The notes under the pieces: generated by a model
Told to the model about the DNA's origin: nothing
Databases searched by the model: none
What the model saw: the letters and a program-made list of their open reading frames with translations, nothing else
Assembly (NCBI RefSeq): GCF_006345805.1
Contig: NC_043012.1
Coordinates: 46,810,001-46,874,000, forward strand
DNA from: Octopus sinensis
Lineage: Eukaryota
DNA: 64,000 nucleotides
Reading direction: 5' to 3'
Shown: in pieces, positions 1 to 14,259 of the stretch
Position numbering within the stretch: position 1 is the first letter of the stretch
How the letters are laid out: every line of letters begins with the position of its first letter
Translations under genes and position numbers: made by a program

Positions 1-150
1 CTACCATCACCAATGCTAGTTTGCTTACGTCCCCGTAATTCAGTGATTCAGCAAAAGAGACCGATAGAATTAGCACTAGGCTTGCAAGGCAGTGCTGCAG
101 TACAACCACAGTGAAATGACTGCAAGAAGTAAAAAATTAAAAATTAAAGG
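1..150 (+). mobile_element. 3' part of composite SINE (family B)
   Basis: Matches the tail (…tttacgtccccgtaacttagcggttcggcaaaagagaccgatagaataagtact…gcagtcaaatgactgaaac…) seen in at least 8 other copies in this window. Confidence 0.65.
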
Positions 151-989
151 GATGCGAAAACATTTAGGTGCAGACAAAAAGGATTGCGAAACAAATGATG
201 TTAACATAATTTCTCATTATCGACGAAAGCATCAAGGTCCCGTCTCAGACATGATTCCGTATCCTGGGTACTCGCTTCCTTGAATGATGTTTATTAAATT
301 CAAGTTATCATAAAATATTTCATTAGACCTTTAAGTGTCTTTGAGTGGGAGATTTCCATTTAATGATGAATTTCGTTCGAGCACATGAAAGCACAATACA
401 TTAATATCATATGTATGTATGTGTTTGCGTATGTGTGTGTGTGTGTGTGTGCGTGCGAGTGGGTGTGCGTATGTGTGTGTGCGACCGGAGAGAGAGGAGG
501 AATGAAGGAGGTCATCCTGGGAGCTCCTCAGTTTCACGTGTCCGGATGGTGTAATAAACGATTGTGAGATCATGCGTGTGTGTACGTACGTGTGTGAATG
601 TTTATGTATGTTTGTGCATGTATGGTTCGTCGGTGGACTATGTTCTCACGTATGAATGCTTGTGCCCTTGTGCTTTTCTGCGTGCATGTGCGTAATGCAT
701 TTGAGGAATAGGTCTAAATTTGTGTATATGTTGTGTGTATTATTGTGGCTGTGTGTCGCCTTGTGGTGTGTATATGAGCCTGTGTAAATGACTGTCTGCA
801 TGCAGGCTTATGATTTTGAACCTACGTATGCATAGTTGTGTATCAAGATGTATACACCCTACAGAATTGTGCATTAACTTTTCTGGCGGGTGTATAGTAT
901 GTATAGTCCTAGCAGTACTTGTGGGCATGTTTGCGGAGGAGATCTTCGAAACTTAAATTAATGTGGAGCTAAACCAATTTGTTTTGAAA

Positions 990-1008
990 TGTATATATAC
1001 ACAGAAAC

Positions 1009-1064
<56 letters not shown>

Positions 1065-1112
1065 ATGTGTTGCTATATATATATATATATAATATATATA
1101 TATATATATTAT

Positions 1113-1148
<36 letters not shown>

Positions 1149-1500
1149 GATAGATAGATAGATAGATATAGATAGATATATTGATATGTGTGTGCGTGTA
1201 TCTATATATATAGATGTGAGTGTGTGTGTGTGTGTGTGTGTGAGAAAAGAGAGAGGGGCGAGGAAAATAGAGGAGAGAAGGTAGCTGACTAAATATATGT
1301 TGGTATACTAGGATGTATTTTACAACAAAGATAACTGTATGAATAGGTATATGAGAGAACTATACATACTTAGATATAAGCAGGTGGCATCATGGAAATA
1401 AAAATAGTCTGTAGCAACTATTTGCAGAGAATCACTAAACATTGTTAAATATATTAATATGTATTTGAATACACACACGCACACACACGCACACACACGC

Positions 1501-1549
<49 letters not shown>

Positions 1550-2203
1550 ATGATCTCTTTAGAGTTGAATGGAAAGTTATTCATACTTGGACCAGCGTTG
1601 TGTATTCATTTCAAAAGCAAAGAAAAGCGAGAAAATAACTACGTATAGGTTTTTACATAAATACACACACACATACACACACACACGCACACACATGCAT
1701 ACATACATACATGCATAGATACATGCATATTATACACACACACACAAACACTTATGTAGTTATACATGTATGTATTCTTCTGTACCTACACAGTAACTAA
1801 AAATATATGTATGAAATTTTTCAATTCAATCCATCTAATATACAAAATATTCATTCCTGACTCAATAGAGACAGGCTTAACAAGTGACGTCGGCAAAATA
1901 ACATAAATTGATTTTTCTTGTTTACCGAACGTCTAAGCTACGTGAATGAAAATTATGTCAAGTTTAAAATGCAACAAAAACGAATAACAAATAAATTCAA
2001 ACTCATTTAGACGGGAATTATCCATCGGAGCATTCTCTCGCACACACTTCTTCTTTTCTCCATGCAAGACGTTACATTAATATAATGGTTCCTATATACA
2101 TGTATAGACACATATATACACACATCTGCACACATACATATATATTGGAACAGAGGAGAAAAAATAAATACGCACACATACACGCATATACATACATACA
2201 TAC

Positions 2204-2297
<94 letters not shown>

Positions 2298-2310
2298 TGT
2301 ATGTATGTAT
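990..2310. repeat. Microsatellite cluster (TA)n, (GA)n, (TAGA)n, (CA)n, (TATG)n
   Basis: Read directly from the sequence. Similar clusters occur throughout the window and generate most of the spurious ORFs. Confidence 0.95.
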
Positions 2311-3339
2311 ATTCCTACGAGAGTAAGTTCATTTCTAATATAGGTTTTCTTAAACATTTGTATATATCTTTAGTGTTGTCGGATAAAATATAAACCTATG
2401 AAAATACACCAATGCATGAAATAAAATTTTCGGTAATAGTTTCCCGCAATATTACAATAGGGCACCCTTTGAAGCTTAATAGCATAGCAGACCAGTCGGT
2501 AGCTAGCGGTTTAGTTATAGTAGACAGAGCAGAATTCGAGGGTAAGAGAAATACTTTTAGAAATTTTAATCACACTAGCACGACATCGTTTTCAGCATTT
2601 CATTAGTGCCATTTCATTAGTGCGGTCAAATCAGAGACAGATTTGGACAACAAGGGTTTGCTAAGGATGATCAATGGCAGTGCATGGTCTACGACAGTGC
2701 AAGTTTCAAACACTTCAATATGGAAGTATTTTATTCGTTTATATCAAGAGAACTATTACATAGAGTGCTAATATACTTTTATTTGCTCTGGGATTTACAG
2801 AGATTAGCGATAGCCGCAACGATATAGTTTTGATCTGACGTCTAGTCATTCGTTTGTAAAATGTGCAAAATTACTATGCAATCTGTAACATACGCACTAA
2901 TGCGGACATGTAAAATAATTTATAATGCTCTATAATAACTTATTTTTGCATTATGTTGGCTGCGAAACGGCCGTCATCCTATATTCTATATACTCCTCAT
3001 GAAGTAATCTTCACTGATTGAATTTGCCGGATTTCAACTGCATAGGACAATACATCAGATTCCTATGTATTAGCTTACTATATGATTTGTAGCTTGGTTC
3101 ACTAAAGAAATATTTTGTGATTACCACAGGATTACATAAATCCAAATATATATACGTACGTGTGTGTATTTGTGTGTGTATGTGTGTTTGAATGTATTAC
3201 GCCTTATAACAGAAACAGCTGTAAATTTATAAATTTCATAGTATAACTGTTTATCCCTTTGTCCCTCCCGATTTCTCATAACCGTTCCTTACTCCACTGA
3301 CAACTCGTATTGACGCATATGTACATCGAGTCCTATCAC

Positions 3340-5900
3340 TAGGTTATTAATATTGCAATGCCCAAGCGAAATTCTAATATATATCATATTAAAAAAGAAA
3401 GTTTAGAACATGTATATACGTATCGTTCTTCTGATATAAGAAAAAGTTAAAGTTATTAAACATATATTTAACAAGTCTTTATATGCATATGTTGAGTAGT
3501 ATTTTGCTAAGGATGGCTTTAAGGTATAAGGTTTAAATCTACAGGAGGAATATACCTTATTTACTGGCGTATAAATATACCAGAAAATTGCTCTGGGTCT
3601 AATCACGGATAGGAAGCCGTATGAGAATAAATTCGCTTGGTAAATTGTTATGAATAAGATACAATAAAATATTGGAAGTAAGCCGAAATAACATAAATTT
3701 ACGAAAAGTCGGCTATTGTATATCGGCATTTACGTGTTGCGTTTACATCATTTCATTGTATCTCCTCCTGCAGTTTATGCAACTTACACCTGATATGCTT
3801 TACATTATTTAATGAGTCTTTATGACATTTAAGGAATATTAAACTTTAATCCACCTGTCATTTATTTGTCCATGAGTCGATGACAACGCGGTGGCATTAA
3901 ACCGAAATTGCGAACTTCCTGCCAAAATCTGAAACCAATACTACGAACTCATCAAAAAGGCGGTGAGCTGGTAGAATCGGTGGCACGTCGGGAACAATCT
4001 CTAGCGGTGTTTCGTCCGTCATTACATCCTGAGTTCAAATTCCGCCGAAGTCGACTTTACCTTTCATCCTTTCAAGTTTGATAAAATGAGTACCAATTGA
4101 GCTGTAGGGTTGGTTCATTCGACTTACCCGCTTCTCCGACGTTGCTGGACTTGTGCTAAAAATTGAAACCAGTATTACGAACTTATTATTTAAGAAAGTC
4201 TGTGAGTTACAATATTTTTGATCTTATAATTATTCATTTTATAGTTATTTGAGTATTCTATAATATTAGCAATATTAAGTCTTGCAGAAGAGGATAATGT
4301 ACTCTATATTTATTAAAATACAATGATATTCGGGGTCTGGAGTCTATGTCTTGTCTTATATTTTAAATAGGTTTGTAGGTATTCATTTATTCGGTGTTTC
4401 TTTTTTGCTTTTCTGTATCTTTTTATTTTTTATTTTTTTTGCACGGACTGCATTAAATAATGTTACGTTCCTTTATACCGTTTTGATATTCTCTTTTCTT
4501 TTTCGAGAATGCTATTTATTTTTAGGTGAAGTATATCGCAAATCTCCTTTGTGGGCCTATCTGGATATGAATTGCTAGATTGCTCAATCTCAGATATGTC
4601 AAGCTGGATTAGATTAATTCTTAATCTACATTTTAAGTTAGAATTTTAACATTTGGATTCTGAGAGTTGTTGCTGTTGTATTCCACCATTTTATAGCGAT
4701 ATTGTACATGTTTTATATTTTTACAGCTTTTAACTTAATACTTACGTTGGTATTCAAACTCTAGAGATTTAATTTCGATAATTTACTTCGTTAGTTTTAT
4801 TTTAAAAAAATCTAAATAACTGTAAATTTATTGGCTTCTATCTTAATAATATCAGGTTTTTAACAATGTTTAGTCTTAGATATATTGATAGTTACAGTAT
4901 TATGCTGGTTAATTACATTAAATGCTTCCATACTAGTAGTACCATTTTTTCTCGCTTATTTGCAATATTTGTACGTTTGGAGCGTTAAAATGTGCGGTAT
5001 ATTACTGCGTCTTCTATGTGTGTAGAATTTAGAGTTGTCTCTGTTAATAGATGTAATAAACTGGATCTTACCCTTAAAAACACATTTCACCAGAACATAG
5101 TTATTAAATGTCATTAAGTATTGAGTCGCATAAAGATCGCTTAGATATTTCTAGAAGAAATATTTCTTAGATAATTTCTTATAGTTTTCTTTTATGGTTA
5201 GAATTTTTGCGTAGTTACTTACGACTTTCAAATCTATATTGAAATCCAGAATATTTACCTTTCTTTCATCCAAACGGAAAGAGCCAGAGAGATAATAATT
5301 TTAAAGAAGTTTACTAGTTTCTGCGTTGTCTCTTTGGGGCTAAACGATTAGTTGTTTATTGTTGATAATGCGTCATCGACATATAAACCCCCATCAAGTT
5401 CTGCGAAATAAGTTTAACGTTCCTATAACAGAAAGAGTTCAACCAAAGTCTGATAACTTGCGCAGAGTCTGATGAGCCCATCAGGTTAGTTTTTCCTGGT
5501 GCTGCTAATTCATAAGTCTCTATTAAGCTGGATTGAAATTTATCTCGCTGAAATCATAATGTTGATAGCTTCTTTCAAATATGCTAGACTTTAGGAGCAA
5601 ATATCAAAGATTTGTGGAGAAGAATTAATAAAATAGAAGCGTAATATTTATTGATATCGACTGTCACTAGTCTAAAATGATATATATCTTCAAATGCTCT
5701 CGCTAGGAAGTAAACTTGGAAAAACTCTTATGTGCAGGAGGAAGCTGTCTATGGGTATTAACATATGACATAGGTCTGAGCGTATATTTTTTTTTTACAC
5801 GCGATGGAAGATTTTTAAAGTTTCACTTTGAAGCCTGAAGGCTTGGAAAGCTCTGACATTTTTCAACAAATTAGTGCATTTGAGGAGATTTGAGAATTTA
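3340..5900 (-). mobile_element. Decayed Penelope-like retroelement (RT and GIY-YIG-like endonuclease remnants)
   Basis: Minus-strand translation gives PLE RT motifs: LVTVDINKYYASIL (~5635-5680), LMGSSDSAQV (~5455-5485), GGLYVDDAL (~5370-5395) and KVNILDFNIDL (~5240-5275). Downstream, 3340-3730 gives ITIYQANL…SLAKYY…LNICL…ISLGHCN, resembling the PLE endonuclease C-terminus. Many stops and frameshifts; interrupted by a SINE. Confidence 0.75.
3958..4180 (+). mobile_element. tRNA-derived SINE (family A)
   Basis: Head ggcggtgagctggtagaatcg with B-box-like gagttcaaattcc and central gtcgactttacctttcatcctttc…gataaaatgagtacca; multi-copy in the window. Confidence 0.8.
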
Positions 5901-7461
5901 CTTTGGTGAAACGAAGTTCGCATCTATTTAAGCTATCCTTCGTCTCAGTTGTTGAGGTATTGCCTTCAAACCATCTCTAGTTGCTTTTATTTAGCCTTCT
6001 CTCAGGATGGGAGACAGTGCTCATGATTAGCTGTTTGAGTAAGTTATCCTTAAAACGGTCACCTAGACTGAATGCTTACAAGAAAGTCATCCGCGTTAAA
6101 ACACTTGCATTTCCAGGTGGTGATGTTAAAATAGATGACTTAGCTATGGCAATATTTAAACAAATAACACAGCGCCGGAACAAGGGCAACGCATACCGTA
6201 AGACATTTTATACTTCCACTAAAACAAAATCTTGGATTTATACTTCCAAAAACTGTTGGATACTTGAACATCCTTGGAATGTTCCGATGCCGTAACTTAC
6301 TAAACCTGATCTAAATGAGATTATGTAAATCCAAGTCCCATAACAAGCATAAGTTTCAAAATCGCTTGAGCGATTATTGCAAAGTGAAATTTTACTTCTC
6401 TGCCGCCAAGAACTTCTATGTTTCCAACACACGATTTTAATTCATATAAATTTTGCATATAAAGCTTTATTGAGGACAACTCCAATGTAGAACCTCTGAA
6501 CGGCTTCACTAAGCTGAAGTTTATTATTTGGGATGCATTGCAGTCTTGCATGCTCAACCGTCCGCATATGTACTCAATTATTGTTGTAGCTGGTGGTGAA
6601 CTTATATAGTAATACCTTGACTAAGATTTTGATATATACTCATACAAAATTTAAGGAATTTCGCTTTTCTTTCGCTTTCTTTACAAGGAATGAAACTTCC
6701 GAATAGAAACTCCCTTAATTTAGTTGCCTAATCTCTATCAATACATCATCAGTGAAATGAATTTCCTAGTGAACTTCACCTTTTCCAGGTCAAAGCGTCG
6801 TAGCATGTATACACTGACATATATCAATGTAGGTATTAGGTATACTTATGTCTTTAAATTGATGTAATATTTTCCAAATAAGTATAAATTATATACGAAA
6901 TAGCTGGAGGTTGCTGCAGTTTAATATAATATGATATCCTGTATATTAGCATACATATAATTTCAGTGAATGCACCAAATAATATGTTAACATCAACGTG
7001 TACTAGAAAGCATTTTATATAAATTACTTCGGATCACGATGTTCTACATAACATCTTCGCCATCTTTGATAAATATGCAATGTGTACGTTTGGAAATACA
7101 TCGAGTACAATTATATTTGTTTGATGGCCAGGTTATGTGACATAACTACGCAGTATTCGTTACCAAATAAAGATTGATGAGTTACCTAATGATAGAGAGT
7201 TGAATCATATGTTATTGCGAAAGTAATTTCCATTTAGGTATTCAGATTAATCTTTAGCTGCGTTTCTTTGCTTAATATACTTTGCACTGGTAATCTGCTA
7301 ATTCTACAGCAAATATTATCTACTCAAAAATAGAGACTGAACAAAAGTTTCTAACTTCACTAAATTTATAACGCATTTTCAATGAACATGTGTGTGTATT
7401 TACATATACAGAGATAGATAGATAGATAGATAGAGAGAGAGATAGATAGATAGATAGATAG

Positions 7462-7521
<60 letters not shown>

Positions 7522-7904
7522 GGGGGGAGAGAGAAAGAGAACGTGGTAGTGTGGCAGTAAGCAAGCACAGAAATTATGATTTCTATAGAGAACAGATGAG
7601 ATCTTAAATTGATATATTTCAAGTATATATGATCGTTAATAGAATTCATGTTTTATCGTTCTTTTCGCCTTTTGTTTCAAATCCGTATCCCATTAATTAT
7701 TGCCACAGCTACTATTTCTGACCCAAGCATTAACCACTCTAAATTCAAATTTACATTTATGATTGACCTAAGAAAGTAAACATTTCGTGCTCATCACATT
7801 TTAATCGGTGTGAATAAAATATAGTGGTTTAGGTGTAACCGCATTATTTTATGTATCTGTCTTATTTCCTTCCCTGAATTGTTTTCTCTGGAATTTATTT
7901 ACTG

Positions 7905-8030
7905 TTGTGATCATCATCATTGTTATGATCATCATCATGATAATCACCATCATTATCATCATCATCATCATCCTCATCATCACCATCGTCATCATCATCG
8001 TCGTCGTCGTCATTGCTTTTATTATTGACT
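7905..8030. repeat. (ATC)n trinucleotide microsatellite
   Basis: Read directly from the sequence. Confidence 0.9.
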
Positions 8031-8125
8031 GGGAGAGCAGTGCATGCCATCAAAATGACAATTTGGTGTCGAATAAAATATACGAAACTCAGTATACCCA
8101 TCATGAATACCCGTCTGATAAGAGC

Positions 8126-8330
8126 GGAGGTGAGCTGGCAGAATTGTTTGTACGCCGGGCAAAATGCTAAGCGGCATTTCATGAGTCTTTAGGTTATGTG
8201 GGCAAAATCCCCCAAGATCGACTTTGACTTTCATCCTTTCGGAGTGGACTAATTAAGTACGAATTATGTACGAAATAAGTACGAATTGTGCACTGGGATC
8301 GATATAATCGACTTCCCCGCACCCAATTTC
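8126..8330 (+). mobile_element. SINE family A, degenerate
   Basis: gcggaggtgagctggcagaattg…gactttcatcctttcggagt matches the other copies. Confidence 0.7.
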
Positions 8331-9610
8331 TAACTATAGTATTATTTTTTTCCCTCATATTAATTTTTTCATCATTTGGAATTGTAAAATCAATTCTCTG
8401 ACATTTTCTATTCTCTTTATCTAGTACTACTAAATTGCGACTTCTAGCTTCTATCACTCTATCATTCTGAATATTAAAGCCCCACAACATCGTATATTTC
8501 TTACCGTCTGGTACTTTCCTAGGTTCATATTTATACCATTTATCAGTATATTCAAATCCTAATTTTCTACATAGCTCCCAGTGGTTTACTCTCTCTAGAT
8601 TGTCATATTCTTTCTTGTATAATTTCTAGGCCAACATGCTAAATTGGCTTACTATATAAGTAACACTTTCCTCTTTTGATTTGCATAATTTACATTGGGA
8701 ATCTACTTGGGTTTTGTCTATCTTGGCTTTTATCCAAGTAGTCCTTAATGGTTGATTCGTACAGCTACTAACAGACTTTCTGTCTCCCTCTTCAGCTTTC
8801 CTTTCTGCAACCTTAACCATGTCTTGCTTTTACTATTTTGCTGCAACTATCCTTGGAAATGTACCATGCAACGCCTTCTCCTGCTAGTCAGATAATTTCT
8901 GTTCTTTTTTCTGGTTTTCAAGTTCGTCTGGGTTTTTGATATCCCTATGTCTTGCTGTGAATCTAGAAGCTTTTAATAAATTTTCTTCACTATTACCAAC
9001 ATACGAGTCTATATCAACTCTAGCTCCCTCTACGCAGTTTTCTACTGATATTAACCCTCTTCCGCTTTCCTTTCTATCTAGGCATGATCTTTCTACTCCT
9101 GCCCTTGGATGGAGTCCTCCATTCATATTGAATTCCTTCCTACTTCTATCTAGCTTTGCTAATTCAGTTTTTGTCCACCTACAGAAGCTGCTGAGCATCT
9201 AAGTAATGATACTGCCCATGTCTTTACAGCCTTCACTAGATTCGAACAATTTAACTTTGACTTCATTAGCTTCCTCACCTTTCTGATGTATTCCTTTTCA
9301 ATTTTCGTTTTCATTTCTGTTGTCAGATTCTAATACTCCTGTATACTCATAACTCTCTCCTCCTTTCAATGATTTTAATGTCTGGCTATCTGGTTATTGG
9401 ACACCTTCACTGTTGACTACTTGTCCCCTTCTTATGACTAATAATTCACGCTTATCTATGCCAAATTCTATGCCTATATCTTTGCTGAAGAGTCTTACAG
9501 TCTGTATTAAGGAATCTATCTCTTTTTCATTCTTACTAAAAACCTGCAGATCATCCATGTAAAGTAAATGGTAAATTTTTCCATTACTATTTCTAAACTG
9601 ATACCCTTCT
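8300..9610 (-). mobile_element. R4/Dong-like non-LTR retrotransposon fragment (RT C-terminus, zinc finger, RLE)
   Basis: Minus-strand pieces: MDDLQVF (RT YMDD-type motif), FNMNGGLHPRAGVERSCLDRKESGRGL, WIKAKIDKTQVDSQCKLCKSKEESV (zinc finger) and ARSRNLVVLDKENRKCQRIDFTIP (RLE PD-motif region). Confidence 0.8.
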
Positions 9611-9614
9611 TTTG

Positions 9615-9618
9615 CATT

Positions 9619-9650
<32 letters not shown>

Positions 9651-9670
9651 TATTATTATTATTATTATTA

Positions 9671-9710
<40 letters not shown>

Positions 9711-9712
9711 TT
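9615..9712. repeat. (ATC)n(ATT)n microsatellite at the LINE junction
   Basis: Read directly from the sequence. Confidence 0.9.
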
Positions 9713-10153
9713 TATTATACAAATATACAAATATACTAAGCCCAATATACATATCATCACTACCCGTCAGATAAATGTACACCAAGCACATGCATCACAA
9801 TCATTTGCGCGAAACATTGTGACATTATATAAGGACAAACCTTGCAGGTGGAGCCGAGTAGCCAAACTGCTCAAAAGATCCTTTGTTTAAGAATTGTGAA
9901 CGAAAGACCCTTTTTTCTTCAGGTGTAAATTATTGAAACCGCAAAGAATCCCCCTGAATATATGGCAATGATACTCCCTCACTAGTCCTACTTGTGATTA
10001 GAGATGCACAGATCATCATCCCTTAAGGAACATGCTCAGTTGGTTAAGATAAAGCAACCAACAAGTAAATCTGTAGTATTTTTGTAGTCTATCATTCACA
10101 CTAAGACAAAACATTTGTTAACCTTTCTAAGCAGATAAGAACAGAAGCCATGA

Positions 10154-10154
<1 letters not shown>

Positions 10155-10229
<75 letters not shown>

Positions 10230-10274
10230 TATTATTATTACTATTATTATTATTATTATTATTATTATCATTAC

Positions 10275-10350
<76 letters not shown>

Positions 10351-10375
10351 TTTAACATGATTATTATTATTATCA
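10155..10375. repeat. Long (ATT)n/(ATC)n microsatellite
   Basis: Read directly from the sequence. Confidence 0.95.
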
Positions 10376-11082
10376 CTAACCTTGCTCTTTTTTACCTGGG
10401 TAAAATATCGTTGTCTATGGCCCGGTTTAACAATTAAACTCTGTTGAGTTTACAAAAGATTAGAAAGGATAGTTTTTCATGTTTTCATATTGCACGGAAT
10501 TATTACTAAAAACCAAATGAATGTTTTCATTTATTCAACTTTTTTTTCATATTTATTGGAAAAAAAGATTTTCAAAAACATCTTTCTCGCTAACCGTGAT
10601 TCAATGCAACATATCGACTAGACAGGTTCCCTCAATGAACAATACATTTGCACAAGCAAAACAGAAAAATGAAAACAGCAATTTTAAATGAAAATTCAGC
10701 CATTGAAAATATAATGATGTATCTGGTGTTTTTGACACATACAAGAGTTTAGTTAGTGAGTCACGCAACAGTGACAATGACAATGGCAAAACTCGCAACA
10801 TAACTTTTCACTCACGCACTCTCATATGCCAAGTAAATCAGGGAGGTCTGAATGCAAGTAGCGTTCTTTTGGACATATAGTTTTGACAAAAATTGAATTG
10901 TAAAAACAGTTTTTTCAAGCTTGGTAAAAAATTAAGTTGACAGTCTTTCGCGCCGAAAGATTGGCCATACGTTTTATGCGATTTTTAAAAATGAATTGAC
11001 ACAGATCCTTGTCTATTGAATAACAAATTTAACACTTCTTCATTTTCTACAAATATTCCTTATTCTTGCTTAACAACGTATC

Positions 11083-11151
<69 letters not shown>

Positions 11152-11661
11152 GCACATACATAAAGTAAAGTATTCTGAAAATGCACATAAATTCGTCACT
11201 GTATTCTCAGTCGACACTGAAAGGGAATAAGATAAAAAAGCACAAACATAACTCAAATACCACATTGGGTTAATAGAACAAACACAACTTTGCATACATA
11301 ATACACTACATGTGTCTTTGACGATCACAGCCTGCCCAGACTCGAAATCTCTTCGATATATAAACAATACATGATGTGTAATAACATGTTCTCCGTATAC
11401 CTCTCTTACACACTACTTGTCAACTCAACAAAGATACCAAAATTGAATGACCACTTGTATATGCAAGGGGTTATTTTTTCTTACCAAATTAAGCTTCAGT
11501 TAATACAGAGCCCGTCACCGCCTCAAGACCATGTGGAAACACGCAAACGCATACTCTACGCCAAATATTTTTATTAGAACAATATTTTGTAAACAATGTA
11601 TTTCTCAATCACTTAAAACATCAATAACCCTACTAGTTCTAAGTCCTGTACTGGAATGTCG

Positions 11662-11832
11662 TCAGGAAGAACGAGCCGAGTTTACGTTCTTCACCTTCGG
11701 TGGGGCACCGACAAAAATCAATAGGCATACAAACATTAGACTGAGGTTTGGGGACAATGCAATGCCTTGACTGGCACGTCGTATCCTGTACGATTTGTCA
11801 CTAAGTGTCGAACTATAGGTAATGTTTTTTTT
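11662..11832 (-). CDS. Candidate terminal coding exon of an unknown host gene
   Basis: Acceptor gtctgtgtttaacag is followed by an open phase-0 frame KKNITYSSTLSDKSYRIRRASQGIALSPNLSLMFVCLLIFVGAPPKVKNVNSARSS*. GC is elevated and AATAAA lies ~90 nt downstream. No homology was recognised. Confidence 0.2.
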   Translation of the reverse strand, partial: KKNITYSSTLSDKSYRIRRASQGIALSPNLSLMFVCLLIFVGAPPKVKNVNSARSS

Positions 11833-12979
11833 CTGTTAAACACAGACTTGGTATAAACAAAGACTTTCGGGCGAATACATTTATTACTTGTTCATAGCTA
11901 ACTAGGACTTTCACAGAAAGAAGAAAAAGAAAGAATCTAGCCCTTTATCGAATAAAGTAGAACTATGGAATACGTATGTAATACGTATTGTAATATTAAT
12001 ATAATAATCAATGTAGGGATTACAACTCCTTTGCAGCCAATGCAATCCTGAATGCTATGACCTATTATTCTTCTCCAACTACAGTCACATAAGTTAGAAT
12101 TACGAAAATTACTCAGGTTACTACACATCAATATATCATCTATCGTAAGTATATAAACCGGTTTACATCAACAACTTTGCATGTGAGAGATAAGATAATA
12201 AATATCGGACTTCGATGTACAGTATTATTTGGTTAGATCAAATATCGTTATATATAATTTTACCATTCATTCACCTTGTCTTGACAACTTAGGCGCAAGA
12301 AGATATTTTATTTCAGGTTGTTCCTTTCTGTTACCAACTGATACATCAATATAATACTTAACACTCTATATAAAACTTGAAAGAGAGTCTTTAGATAAAT
12401 ATTGATTCATCTTATTGGCACAAGACCAATCATCTGTAGATGAGTTATATATTGAAATCTGGATATTAAATTGTTAAAAGGTAAGGCAATTCATCACACG
12501 TTTTGAATTAAAAGTATAAGACACTGTAACTGGTTAAAGTATGCCTTGGTCCAGCAGTCTATCATTCTGTCATTCCTACATAGTAAAAATGGTTAATGAT
12601 AAACTGCAGAATTGACAGGTGATACTCAAAATATATAGAGGAATTTCATTAATTTGGTACTACAGGTAGCATAAAATGTTAACCACACGTAAATTGCTAT
12701 GAGGATAAACGAATATCATCTTGATTACTTAATCTCGTATGCAAGACAACAGTTATTATTCGGTTTTATTATGACTTCATCAGTGCTGCAAAATTTAAAT
12801 TGTTTAAATAATATTTAACCTGATATCAATTACATACGCAAAGAAATGTCTAATCTGTTTTAACAGAGATAGATTATGAAGAGAATTGAAAAAGCGGACA
12901 TAATTTTTAAGCAGTTCCAGGGACAACTTTACGCATGCTTTAGTTCTTATTAGGGAACAAATGCTGGGAGATAGAGACA

Positions 12980-12984
<5 letters not shown>

Positions 12985-13035
<51 letters not shown>

Positions 13036-13085
13036 TAGATAGATAGATAGATAGATGATAGATAGATAGATAGATAGATAGATAT

Positions 13086-13125
<40 letters not shown>

Positions 13126-13142
13126 CAGATAGACAGACAGAC

Positions 13143-13233
<91 letters not shown>

Positions 13234-13256
13234 GCTAGATAGATAGTGATAGATAG

Positions 13257-13309
<53 letters not shown>

Positions 13310-13320
13310 GTGAGTGAGTG
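12985..13320. repeat. (TA)n(TAGA)n(GA)n compound microsatellite
   Basis: Read directly; explains ORFs 12804..13499 and 12940..13434. Confidence 0.95.
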
Positions 13321-13399
13321 AAGGCTGGTTGAAGAGAGAATCGAATGAACAAACTCATCTTCTGAAGAAGGAAGGCGGGGAAAATTGAACCGCAGCAGC

Positions 13400-14220
13400 C
13401 CCTCCCTCCGTGTTTGTTCTGTGCCAGTCTGCATAGTTTTGCTAAACTTATACTACTTGCTAAGTCTGATTTTAGGCCTTCCTCATTTTTTTTTGCCATA
13501 CCCTACATCTGTTAAAAGAAAGCTCTCAAGTTTGTGTCTTCTAAATACATGACCAAGGAAGGCCCATTTTCTTTTTATGCTAGAATTTAACAACCTCTCC
13601 GGGGAATTTACGTTGCGAAGGACCAGTTCATTAGTTCTTTCATTTGTCCAGTTTATTCTGAGACTGCGTCTAGAACACCATTGTTCAAATACTTCTATTT
13701 GTTATATTTTATCGATATTCTTTATAGAGCAACATTCAGCTTCAGAATTGGCTATGCTTAATATCAATGAATTGAGTTCTATTTTGCTCGCAATGAGATG
13801 GCCTTGTTCTTTCATATGCTGATCAGTACTACAATGCCGGGCCTTCTCTTGATTTCGTGAGTGTCATTATAGTCTCAGCAGAAAGATTAGCAAAGTACAG
13901 AAATTCTTTTACGTTTTGGATATAGTCATTATTTCTTATGTAATCTTGCTCACAGTTCTATTACTTTTAGTTACTTACATTACTTTTATTATTTGGGGTT
14001 TAGATGAAGCTCAATTTGAGTACTTGCGTCATTTACACTGTTAACTTCATCATGTAGTTCTTGCATGCTGTTGGCTATGAAGACTACATCGTCTGCATAC
14101 ATGAGATTTGTGATGACCTTGTCCATTAACTTTGTGAAACCATACAGTGTCTCTCTTATTATTACCCAGGAATATGTATTAAAAAAAAGTGCAGAGCAAC
14201 GATTTAGCCCCACCGGACAC
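13400..14220 (-). mobile_element. RTE-clade LINE fragment
   Basis: NLMYADDVVFIANSMQELHDEVNSVNDASTQIELHLNPK is the RT YADD region typical of RTE; a C-terminal RLAQN motif lies near 13430. Confidence 0.75.
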
Positions 14221-14259
14221 CTTGTTCAGTGTCAAACAAGTAAAAGGGTCCATCTTTAC

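Noticed and set aside
483-565. Minus-strand GAAAC/CUGAGGA and a CACGTGTCC resembling the 54.6-kb hammerhead
   Set aside because: The core elements are in the wrong order (GAAAC precedes and overlaps CUGAGGA) and no consistent stems form.
5469-5485. CTGATGAG-CC-CATCAG hairpin
   Set aside because: It lies inside the PLE RT coding motif (LMGSSD) on the other strand and has no GAAA half.
12317-12480. Plus-strand acceptor (tttcag) and donor (GTAAGG) pair
   Set aside because: All three frames contain stops; at most a non-coding exon, with no other support.
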